Source of the DNA: Chthonomonadales bacterium
GTDB lineage: Bacteria; Armatimonadota; Chthonomonadetes; Chthonomonadales; CAJBBX01
Reading direction: 5' to 3'
DNA length: 64,000 bases
Assembly (NCBI GenBank): GCA_037443035.1
Contig: JBBIPC010000007.1
Coordinates: 64,001 to 128,000 of the forward strand
Part shown: piece after piece, positions 18,737 through 26,710 of the stretch
Layout: each line of letters opens with the position of its first letter
Numbering within the stretch: the first letter of the stretch is position 1
Notes under the pieces: model-generated
What the model was told of the DNA's origin: nothing
What the model saw: only the letters and a program-made list of their open reading frames with translations
Databases searched by the model: none
Made by a program: the position numbers and the translations under genes

Positions 18737-19205
18737 CTCGTCCCAAGAGCTGGATCAGGACTGGCGCCAAATGCTCCAGGGCAGTCTGCACTTCCTCGCT
18801 CAGGCAAGCTCCAGGCAGTGTCTCCGCAGGCTGGACGCCTAGAAGCCACACGCGGGACGTGGAGTATCGTTCCAGAGCCTCTGCCAGCACCCCTAACGCC
18901 ATGCGGTGCGTGGAGACTTGCGGGAAGCGAGATCGCATGCCCGCCGAATCGAATAGCATGACCGTTCCGGGCGCCTGGCCGGCCTCCACTGCATCCAGGA
19001 GGATCACGCTGTCCATTTCCCGAGCGCACATCAGGCAGCGCTCTGGCCAGAGTCCTCCGACCACCACGCGCGGCACGCCTGCATGTTTCAGCGTCTCCGC
19101 GAGCACGACGCCGAAGCCGTCATCGCCGAAGAGGGGATTGCCAAGCCCCAGGACAGCCGTCCGTCCTCTGCAGCAATCCGCCAGCGACGCCGCCAGCCCG
19201 TCCAT
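18705..19205 (-). CDS. hycI: Hydrogenase maturation protease (HycI family)
   Basis: VLGLGNPLFGDDGFG, LLDAV, STH, LLGVQP. Confidence 0.9.
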   Translation of the reverse strand: MDGLAASLADCCRGRTAVLGLGNPLFGDDGFGVVLAETLKHAGVPRVVVGGLWPERCLMCAREMDSVILLDAVEAGQAPGTVMLFDSAGMRSRFPQVSTHRMALGVLAEALERYSTSRVWLLGVQPAETLPGACLSEEVQTALEHLAPVLIQLLGRGDGGGAGHDS

Positions 19206-20068
19206 CAGATATCCTCTCCCAACATGCGCAACTGCTCGTAGGTGAAGACGGGGCCGTCCACACAGACATAGGCAACGCCGATGCAGCAGTGGCCGCACTT
19301 GCCTACGCCGCACTTCATGTACCGCTCCATGGTGGAGACGATCCTATCCTCCCGGTACCCCATGGCGAGCAGATCCTTGATGACGAACCGGAACATGACA
19401 GGCGGACCGCAAACGAAGGCAATGCTGTTGTCCACAGCCACTCGAACATCCGGCCGCTTGAACAGGCTTCCAACGACACCCACCGGACCGCTCCAACTCT
19501 CATCGCCCCGGTCCACGGTCAGGTGGCACTCGACCCCTCCCTGCTCGGCCCAACCGCGCATCTCCGTTTGGTACATGAGTTCCGCTGGCGTTCGTGCGCC
19601 GTAGAACACCTGAATCGTGCCGTACTGCTCGCGCCGATGCATGGCGTAGACAATGCACGATCGGAGCGGGATCATGCCGATGCCGCCCGCCACGAAAACG
19701 AGATTCATGCCGGCGTATTCGTCCATGGGAAAACCGTTGCCATAGGGACCACGAACGCCGAAGCAATCGCCGGGCTGGAGGCTGTGCAGAGCCGATGTAC
19801 AGCTGCCCACGCGCCTGACCGTGAAGAAGCGCTCCTTCTCCGTAGGGCTGGGTGGGAGCGATAGCGGGAACTCGCCCGCGCCGATGATCGAGACCTGGGC
19901 GAACTGCCCTGGCCGGAACCGGGAGAAAGCAACATCATCCGCCGGGTCCACGAAACGCCAGTAGAAACTGCGCACCTCGCGGATCTCGTCCTGAACCCGC
20001 TCGAGAACCGCCACACGGGGGATGTAGATGTTCGTCTCGTCAGGCTGCTGCATGAGCCTCTTCCCCAA
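19205..20068 (-). CDS. FAD/NAD(P)-binding oxidoreductase with 2Fe-2S cluster (AsrB / sulfhydrogenase gamma / PyrK family)
   Basis: PGQF, RGPYGNGF, AGGIGMIP, CGPPVM, ERYMKCGVGKCGHC...CVDGPVF. Start TTG 20068 or ATG 20053. Confidence 0.9.
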   Translation of the reverse strand: MGKRLMQQPDETNIYIPRVAVLERVQDEIREVRSFYWRFVDPADDVAFSRFRPGQFAQVSIIGAGEFPLSLPPSPTEKERFFTVRRVGSCTSALHSLQPGDCFGVRGPYGNGFPMDEYAGMNLVFVAGGIGMIPLRSCIVYAMHRREQYGTIQVFYGARTPAELMYQTEMRGWAEQGGVECHLTVDRGDESWSGPVGVVGSLFKRPDVRVAVDNSIAFVCGPPVMFRFVIKDLLAMGYREDRIVSTMERYMKCGVGKCGHCCIGVAYVCVDGPVFTYEQLRMLGEDI

Positions 20069-21122
20069 CGGAGCCTCGCCGGATCATCTCCACGACCGTC
20101 GGCATGCCAATCTCGCCATGACAGACAGCTGCGCACCGTCCGCATCCCACGCATGCAACGCTCAGCTCCCGTTGCACGAAGTAGTGGGAGAGCTTGCGGA
20201 AGAAACGCCTGTTGCGCCGATCATGGACAGCTTTCCTGGGATTGAACCCGCCTGCCATCCGCGTGAACCCCGCCAGTGCGCAGGAGTCCCACACTCGGAC
20301 ACGTTCGTAGGTGTCTGGTCCTGTTAGACGGTCCGTTACCGTGAAGCACGTGCATGCGGGACAGACGAACGTGCATCCACCGCATTCCAGACACCGATTG
20401 CCGATCTCCTCCCACGTCTCCTCGCTTACCTTTCCCGCCGAAACGCCCCGCACAGCGCCAGCGAACCAGCTTGTTCGGTGGAAGAAGCTCCTCCGCGCAT
20501 TGGCAAGCGCGAGCCGGCGCGCAGCTACGTCCTCCGGCGTAGCCTTGCGGAAGATCGTCGAAGCGAAGAGAGCTTCGCCTGCCGGAGTACCTGCGACTGC
20601 CAGGTACCGGTCGCCAAGAGCGACCAGTTGCAGATCGAAACCACTTCTTGCCGCAGGTCCCGTGTCCGTACAGACGCAGAAGCAGTCTGGCCCGATGTCC
20701 ACGCCGGGCACGGTACAGGCGACGTTCACAAGGAACAGCCCCTGCCGCAGACGGTGGTAGTAGATGTCCCGATACTCCCGATCCAGATAGAACCTATCGA
20801 GGTGTCCGATGCCAGCCACGTCACACGATCGAATGCCAAACACCGCCAGTCGCTGCTCGGCCACCGTCGGTTCGATGCGCATGCCCTCCGACGTTCGTTG
20901 CAATGTCATGATCCGCTGGATGTGAGGTAGGACGAACCGCTTGGGCGGATAGAGCGGGTTGGGCAGGTGGAGTGTCGCCGCATGGCGGTTGGCCTCGTTG
21001 ACGACATCGAAGCATGTATCCGATCCGTGGATGCGGAACGGCGCCACCACCGCGTACCCCTTCTCGCGGAGCAGATCGATGATGCAGAGCACGTCTTCGG
21101 CCGCAATGATGCGCGCTTTCAC
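20040..21122 (-). CDS. 4Fe-4S protein (AsrA / sulfhydrogenase beta family)
   Basis: PPKRF, GIRSCD, CFC, CLECGGCTFVCPACTCF, RVWDSC, CVGCGRCAAVC. The GTG start overlaps the upstream stop (GTGA). Confidence 0.9.
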   Translation of the reverse strand: MKARIIAAEDVLCIIDLLREKGYAVVAPFRIHGSDTCFDVVNEANRHAATLHLPNPLYPPKRFVLPHIQRIMTLQRTSEGMRIEPTVAEQRLAVFGIRSCDVAGIGHLDRFYLDREYRDIYYHRLRQGLFLVNVACTVPGVDIGPDCFCVCTDTGPAARSGFDLQLVALGDRYLAVAGTPAGEALFASTIFRKATPEDVAARRLALANARRSFFHRTSWFAGAVRGVSAGKVSEETWEEIGNRCLECGGCTFVCPACTCFTVTDRLTGPDTYERVRVWDSCALAGFTRMAGGFNPRKAVHDRRNRRFFRKLSHYFVQRELSVACVGCGRCAAVCHGEIGMPTVVEMIRRGSVGEEAHAAA

Positions 21123-23146
21123 GGGCGAATCCTCTCGATCCGCACAGGCACATACGGGGACCCGTTCGCTGCATGGCCCCGGATGGCCTGATCCACGTTC
21201 TTGACGAAGAAGGGAGCGAACACTGCACCCCGTCGCACCTCGTCCGTCACACGAGCCGCGATCTCCACACAACCTCCCGCCGAGCAGACACGAATAGTTT
21301 CGCCGTCCCGCACCGACAGTTCTCGCGCGTCCTCCGTGTTCACCTCCACGAACCCCTCGGGATAGTCGAGCAGGAGGATGCGGTACTCACGCTTCAGCGT
21401 CTCGCTGTGCTGGATCAGCACGTTCTTGTGCCAGTAGTAGTTGGAATAGCCGAACACCAGGGTCAGCGGGAACTCGGCGCTGCGTGGCACAGGGACGGGA
21501 GGCCGCACAGGCTGCAGACGGAATGGATGTTGCTCGCCAGAACCGTCTGCGAACAGCCTGGGCGTTCCGACGGGCCGCTGCCAGGTGCACGGCCATTGCA
21601 CCCCGAAGTCCCTCCGGAGATTGTCGTAGCTGGCCGCTTCGTAGAACGGAACAGCTTGGCCGATCTCTGCCATGACATCCGCCGGACCATCGTATTCCCA
21701 CTCTGCGCCGAGGGCGCGTGCCACTCGGACAATGTGCCTCCAGGCTGGCTCCGTCGCACCAGGCGCCGCTGCAACCTTCTCTGCAACCTGGATGCGCCGG
21801 TCCGTGCTGGTGAAGGTGACGGTCTCCTCACCGAAGGCAGTGGTGGGCAGGATGACGTCAGCGAAGGCGGCTGTTTCCGTCATGAACAGGTGCTGGACCA
21901 CGATGAACTCGCATTGCTGGAGAGCCCAGGCCGCGTCGCCGAAGAAGGCCGTGCTGGCGGGATCGTAACGACCCAGCCACAGTCCCCGAATCGCACCGTT
22001 GCCCAGACCGCCCAGTACTTCGCGCGCCGACAGCCCGACCTCCCGCGGAAGCTCCGCCTGCCATAGACTGCCCAGCCGGGCCGACGCCTCTTCATCGGTG
22101 ACGCGCCTATAGCCCGGCAGCATGTCGGGCAGCATGCCCATGTCGCAGACGCCTTGGAGGTTGTTATGTTCGGTCAGCGCATAGACACCCGCGCCTGGAC
22201 GGCCGATCTGCCCGGTCAGCAGAGCGAGGTTGACAGCGGCCCGAATGGTTTCCTCGTGGCGCGCCTCCAATCCCGTCGAATAGACCAGGGAGGCTGCCTG
22301 CGCCTCGGCGTACAGCGTAGCCGCTTCCTCCAGCGCTTCTGGCGGTACGCCACATTCCTCGGCAGCCGTCAATAAGTCGAAGTGCTCGGTGGCGGAGAGG
22401 AATGCGTCGAACCCACCGCACCGGCTCTTCAGGAAGCTGCGGTCCTCCAGCCCACGGTCGATAATGACCCTGGCCATGGCACCGTACAGCGTGGCTTCCG
22501 TCCCAGGGCGGATCTGGAGGAAAACGTCGGCGTGGCCCGCCAGACGATGCCGGCGAGAATCCACCACAATGAGTCGTGCACCGTCCAGCTTGGCGCGTAG
22601 GACAATGCCTGCCACCGTCGGCAACTGCCGCGCCAGGTCCACCCCGTCCACGAGAATCACGTCGCTCAGACTCAAGTCGCCAATCGGGTTCGTCGTGGCT
22701 GGTACGCCGAGCATGTCCAGGAGCACGTTGATGGAGTTGTGGACATACACTCCGGTCCCGTGGTCCACATTGTTGGTGCCCACCACGGCGCGCGCCAGCT
22801 TCTGGAGCAGATATGCTTCCTCGTTGGAACATCGGGGCGAGTCGAGGAATGCCACCGCCTGCGGACCATGCTGCATCACGATCGCTCGAAGCCGCTCGGC
22901 GATCAGCTCCACCGCCTCGTCCCACGTCGCTTCCTCGAAGCCCCTCGAACGCCGGATGAGAGGGTGGAGCAACCTGTCGGGCGAACCGGAGACCTCGTGA
23001 ACATGCCAGCCACGCAGGCAGATCCTTCCCCGGTTCGTGGGATGGGACAAGCTGGGATAGGCACCGCTTACGCGCCCTTCGGCGGTCTCGAGATACAGAC
23101 CGCATCCCACCCCGCAGAAGGTGCATGTGGTAAGTTGGTGCGGCAT
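21119..23146 (-). CDS. FdhF-like molybdopterin oxidoreductase family protein, apparently catalytically degenerate
   Basis: Collinear with the formate dehydrogenase alpha subunit (CTFCGVGC...C 4Fe-4S site, NEEAYLLQKLARAVVGTNNVD, NNLQGVCDMG, ADVILP, QWPC), but the Cys/Sec-His and Arg active-site motifs are replaced. Confidence 0.85.
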   Translation of the reverse strand: MPHQLTTCTFCGVGCGLYLETAEGRVSGAYPSLSHPTNRGRICLRGWHVHEVSGSPDRLLHPLIRRSRGFEEATWDEAVELIAERLRAIVMQHGPQAVAFLDSPRCSNEEAYLLQKLARAVVGTNNVDHGTGVYVHNSINVLLDMLGVPATTNPIGDLSLSDVILVDGVDLARQLPTVAGIVLRAKLDGARLIVVDSRRHRLAGHADVFLQIRPGTEATLYGAMARVIIDRGLEDRSFLKSRCGGFDAFLSATEHFDLLTAAEECGVPPEALEEAATLYAEAQAASLVYSTGLEARHEETIRAAVNLALLTGQIGRPGAGVYALTEHNNLQGVCDMGMLPDMLPGYRRVTDEEASARLGSLWQAELPREVGLSAREVLGGLGNGAIRGLWLGRYDPASTAFFGDAAWALQQCEFIVVQHLFMTETAAFADVILPTTAFGEETVTFTSTDRRIQVAEKVAAAPGATEPAWRHIVRVARALGAEWEYDGPADVMAEIGQAVPFYEAASYDNLRRDFGVQWPCTWQRPVGTPRLFADGSGEQHPFRLQPVRPPVPVPRSAEFPLTLVFGYSNYYWHKNVLIQHSETLKREYRILLLDYPEGFVEVNTEDARELSVRDGETIRVCSAGGCVEIAARVTDEVRRGAVFAPFFVKNVDQAIRGHAANGSPYVPVRIERIRP

Positions 23147-23182
23147 GGCGCCCGCCTTCGCGATCGTGGCCCCGAAGCCTCT

Positions 23183-23668
23183 CTACCAGGAGCGCACGTG
23201 CCGCTCGACAAGCTTCTGACGGACCGCCTGGAGCCGTTGCTCCAACAGTGTCGCGAACCGCTGCAGGAGCATGTAGCCTAGGCTTGGGTCCTTCTCGCAC
23301 CGCTCCCGCAGAGCAGGACCGTCGAGGACCAATAGGCGTGTCCTGCGCGCCGCCCGAGCGTCCAGACGCCAACGGTACGGCGGCACGAGCACCGACCAAC
23401 CGAAGGCATCGCCATCCTCTAGTTCCTGCACGGTCGTGGGCCCGTACTGCAGGTTGAAAGCCTCCAGTACAACTGCGCCTTCGAGGATCAGGTAGAACCT
23501 GTCCGCCTGCTCCCCCTCCCGAAAGATCACTTGACCTGCGTCCAGCGTCGTTTCGGTCGACAGCGACAATAGCGCCTGAGCACAGTCCGCTGGCAGATCG
23601 GCGAATAGCGGGTGGCCAGCCAGGACTTCGCCAGAAGACCGCGTCGCAGGTGTGTGTTGCACTGCCAT
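23183..23668 (-). CDS. Stand-alone cyclic nucleotide-binding domain protein (no HTH)
   Basis: HPLF..L, GQVIFREGEQADRFYLILEG.V, GD.FGWS; 161 aa. RBS AGGAGG before ATG 23668. Confidence 0.88.
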   Translation of the reverse strand: MAVQHTPATRSSGEVLAGHPLFADLPADCAQALLSLSTETTLDAGQVIFREGEQADRFYLILEGAVVLEAFNLQYGPTTVQELEDGDAFGWSVLVPPYRWRLDARAARRTRLLVLDGPALRERCEKDPSLGYMLLQRFATLLEQRLQAVRQKLVERHVRSW

Positions 23669-23756
23669 TGCACAACCTCCTACTGCTCGGCCAGTCTTGC
23701 ACCGTGCCCTTATGTTATCACGCTGCAGCCGAGAATACAAGAGGTTCGACGGCAGA

Positions 23757-23774
23757 TTGTGGGTTTTTTCTCAG
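23757..23774. promoter_or_regulatory. CRP/FNR- or Rex-like palindrome (proximal) upstream of the hydrogenase operon
   Basis: TTGTGGG-TTTT-TTCTCAG (TGTGG-N6-TCTCA). Centred about 40 nt upstream of a putative start site inferred from a minus-strand -10-like TATTCT at 23732-23737. Confidence 0.35.
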
Positions 23775-23831
23775 AATGTTGCCGCATGAGATGAGCCGAG
23801 ACGCATGTATCGAAGCGGTCGGACACATTAC

Positions 23832-23849
23832 TCGTGAACATAGTCACAG
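23832..23849. promoter_or_regulatory. CRP- or Rex-like palindrome (distal) upstream of the hydrogenase operon
   Basis: TCGTGAA-CATA-GTCACAG: 9/10 match to TGTGA-N6-TCACA and 11/14 to Rex TTGTGAA-N4-TTCACAA. Confidence 0.5.
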
Positions 23850-23901
23850 ATAGCAGCGACAGCAGTTCGCCACCCACTTACTGCTGGGACGCTCGCGAAA
23901 G

Positions 23902-24747
23902 CTACACGGCTGATGGCTTGGCAAGATGCTGACGTGTGGCAGCGCGGGACCCCTCTTCGCGGGTCGTCCACCACTCCTCGTCCTGCACGGACCGCACAAT
24001 GATGTCCCGTACTGCCTCGGGTGAGTCGCTAACCGCCATCAGGTCCATGTCGTGCGGCGAGATCTTTCCCTCGGCTGCCAGAGTGGCGCGCATCCAGTCC
24101 AGCATGCCCTGCCAGTAAGCCGAGCTGAAGAGCACGACGGGGAAGTTGCGTATCTTGCCTGTCTGAATAAGCACCAGCGCCTCCAGCAGCTCATCGAGCG
24201 TGCCGAAGCCTCCGGGGAAGATGACGAACGCACAGGCGTACTTCACGAACATCATCTTCCGCACGAAGAAGTAGCGGAACTCCACTGCCGTGTCGGTGTA
24301 GGGATTCAGGTGCTGCTCGAACGGCAGCTCGATATTCAGACCGACCGATCGCGCGCCGGCAAGGTGGGCTCCTTTGTTTCCAGCCTCCATGATGCCCGGG
24401 CCGCCTCCCGTGATGATGCTGAAGCCTGCCTCCCCCAACAGCCTGGCGGTCTCGACTGCCGCGCCGTACATGGGATCCGTCTCGCTTACCCTTGCGCTGC
24501 CAAAGATCGTCACGGCCATGCCGAGATCCGCTAGCGCGTCGAAGCCGGCGACGAACTCCCCCATGATGCGCAGGACCCGCCAGGGGTCCGATTGCGTGAA
24601 CAGCTCCGGAGTATGGCGCCGGACATTGATGAGCCGCTCATCCTCGGTGACGCTGGTAGTACGGGGACGACGGGTGACAGGCGGGCGAATGGCAGCCGAA
24701 TGGTTCGCGCCGGAGATGACGTGCTTTTCAGACACGGGCTTCCTCAC
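23902..24747 (-). CDS. LOG family protein (TIGR00730 Rossmann-fold nucleotide phosphoribohydrolase)
   Basis: FGSAR, TGGGPGIMEA, YFFVRKMMF, PGGFGTLDEL. Confidence 0.92.
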   Translation of the reverse strand: MRKPVSEKHVISGANHSAAIRPPVTRRPRTTSVTEDERLINVRRHTPELFTQSDPWRVLRIMGEFVAGFDALADLGMAVTIFGSARVSETDPMYGAAVETARLLGEAGFSIITGGGPGIMEAGNKGAHLAGARSVGLNIELPFEQHLNPYTDTAVEFRYFFVRKMMFVKYACAFVIFPGGFGTLDELLEALVLIQTGKIRNFPVVLFSSAYWQGMLDWMRATLAAEGKISPHDMDLMAVSDSPEAVRDIIVRSVQDEEWWTTREEGSRAATRQHLAKPSAV

Positions 24748-26681
24748 GGTTCCGGAAAGCGTCCGGAGAGTGTGCGATCGAAGAGATATACATCCAGTAC
24801 TGCTTCGATCCTAGGCTCCCGTTCCCACGCGGTTCTGGACGCCTGCTGCCAGAACGCATAGGCGGCCGCTCGGTCGCCCTTCTCGCGTGCATCGTATGCG
24901 CGCGCCAGCGGCTCGACGATGGCAGCATGGTGCAGCAGGTACCGCCACGAGGCTGACCACACAGGTTGCGCATCGGCAGCGTGGCGTTCCATCACTGGCC
25001 GAAAGCTCTGGATGACTTCCGGCACGCGCCCGAAGGCCGGCCCACGATCGCACCGGACGTTCACCGACTCTGCGGTCTTCTCTCGGTCCCCGCGGAGGTA
25101 AGGAGGATCGAACATCTCGGAAAGCTCGTAGAGATAGCCTCGTACAGCTCGCCAATCGGGACCGAAAGCTGCCTGGAAGTACTCTTCCTCGATTGCGCCA
25201 AAGGAGCGACCAGGATCCCAGAGGCCAGCAGCCATGGCATACATGCCTAGCCCCGTTGGCAAGAATGCGCGTTGGGTCTGGCAACTCATGAAACCGTTCA
25301 GTCCGATGGCGGCCAGTCTTCGAACGTCTTCGTGCAGAATTGAAGCGATACTGCAGTAGCCCGGATCGTTGTAGTGGTCCCACATGAAGTGGTAGTCGAA
25401 ATCGAAGCCGTCCCCCTTGAAAGCGCGCTCCCAGGCTCGCAGAAACGCTACATTGGCGGTCACGGAACGGGGGAACTGGAGCCGATTGCGCTCGAATGGG
25501 GGCAGATCCGGCAGGTGCTCCATATCCGCCTCGAACGGCCGACTGTAGGAACGCGTGATGGGCGCGAACATGAGCACGAAACGTTCCGGGTGGGCGATCA
25601 CCTCTCGTTCCGGAGGCCAGAGGAGGTCCACGTAGATGAGGAAGACGATTTTCGTGTCGAGCCCCTGCCTGGTGAGTGCAGCGTCGAGCTCGTTCAGTAG
25701 CATCACGTAGAAGTCCGACGGCCTCGCCTGCACGCAGTTCTCGCACTCGCAGTTGTTGTTGGCGCCATCCGCCAGCCAGACGTGCAAGAGATCTACCGCC
25801 GGATGCTCCTGCACATACCGCACCATGTCCTCGACCATGATGCGCCGAACCTCGGGGTTGGAGTAGCAGAGGTTCGTGTTGAGTGGTATGCCCTCCCAGA
25901 CATCTCGTTTCCCATTCACCATGGCAAGATAGGGCACGGCTTCGGGAGGCGCCTGGACGGGTTCGAACTCCCATCCCAGACCTGCCATACCGAATGGTTC
26001 GCATGTCCAGCCATGCCCAACCGCGTGATACAGAAGGTCACGCCGCTCGATCTCGGCGACGATACGCTCGAGGATGCCCCTCGCTTGCTCGATCGAGAAC
26101 GGTTCCGCCTCTCGGTAAGGATTGTACTGATGGGAGTACCACCGGTTGAAGAACGTGAAACTCTCCCGGAACTGGGTGAAATAGGCGTTCATCCCGACGC
26201 GTGGGAGCCACTCCACGATGCCCCGCACATGTTCTTCGCTGACAGCGCCTTCGATGCAGATTCCCCTGTGACGGTAAGCCGGCTTCTCCCTGAGCTGGCA
26301 GCTCAGTTCCGGCAGGTGGTCGGGCACGTACTCGCCGTCGCTACCAGGACGGACCCAACGACAGCCCAGCTCCCTCAAGAATCGATAGACTGCCAGAAGC
26401 ACGCTGCGCGGGTTCGTACCGGTGAGCACACCGGTCCCCTGCTGAACGCTCACGAAGATCGCATCGTCCAAGCGCCGGTCCGGGACGGGAGGAAGATCCA
26501 CCGCGGGCAGATCTCCGGCCGACGCCACCCATAGCCCTGGCACGTCGGCATCGTACGTCTCGGCTGAGATGCTGGGGACCGGTGCACCACACATAGCTCC
26601 GAGACAGCGTGACAGCTCCTCGGCGGCGTACTGCACTGTTGGATGGGACCCGATGGTCCTGACAATAGGGGCTTCTGGCAT
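24744..26681 (-). CDS. DUF4838-like protein (putative glycoside hydrolase, GH20/GH67-like N-terminal domain)
   Basis: AAEEL..., R.VL.AVY.FLRELGCRW..PG.DGE..P, P.YRHRG, LCYSNPEV, ADG.NN.CECENC. RBS GAGGTG before ATG 26681. Confidence 0.7.
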   Translation of the reverse strand: MPEAPIVRTIGSHPTVQYAAEELSRCLGAMCGAPVPSISAETYDADVPGLWVASAGDLPAVDLPPVPDRRLDDAIFVSVQQGTGVLTGTNPRSVLLAVYRFLRELGCRWVRPGSDGEYVPDHLPELSCQLREKPAYRHRGICIEGAVSEEHVRGIVEWLPRVGMNAYFTQFRESFTFFNRWYSHQYNPYREAEPFSIEQARGILERIVAEIERRDLLYHAVGHGWTCEPFGMAGLGWEFEPVQAPPEAVPYLAMVNGKRDVWEGIPLNTNLCYSNPEVRRIMVEDMVRYVQEHPAVDLLHVWLADGANNNCECENCVQARPSDFYVMLLNELDAALTRQGLDTKIVFLIYVDLLWPPEREVIAHPERFVLMFAPITRSYSRPFEADMEHLPDLPPFERNRLQFPRSVTANVAFLRAWERAFKGDGFDFDYHFMWDHYNDPGYCSIASILHEDVRRLAAIGLNGFMSCQTQRAFLPTGLGMYAMAAGLWDPGRSFGAIEEEYFQAAFGPDWRAVRGYLYELSEMFDPPYLRGDREKTAESVNVRCDRGPAFGRVPEVIQSFRPVMERHAADAQPVWSASWRYLLHHAAIVEPLARAYDAREKGDRAAAYAFWQQASRTAWEREPRIEAVLDVYLFDRTLSGRFPEP

Positions 26682-26710
26682 GTGTATCACCTCTCTCTTC
26701 CGGCGCGACG

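Noticed and set aside
19205..21122. Anaerobic sulfite reductase or a complete group 3b sulfhydrogenase
   Set aside because: No AsrC (siroheme) subunit and no group 3b alpha/delta subunits in the window; only the electron-transfer pair is present.
22733..22780. Possible selenocysteine codon in the FdhF-like gene
   Set aside because: Codons read GAC CAC GGG ACC GGA GTG TAT GTC CAC; there is no in-frame TGA.
22164..23702. 512-aa alternative-frame ORF over the FdhF-like and cNMP genes
   Set aside because: Arg/Gly/Ala-rich with no motifs, typical of off-frame ORFs in high-GC DNA.
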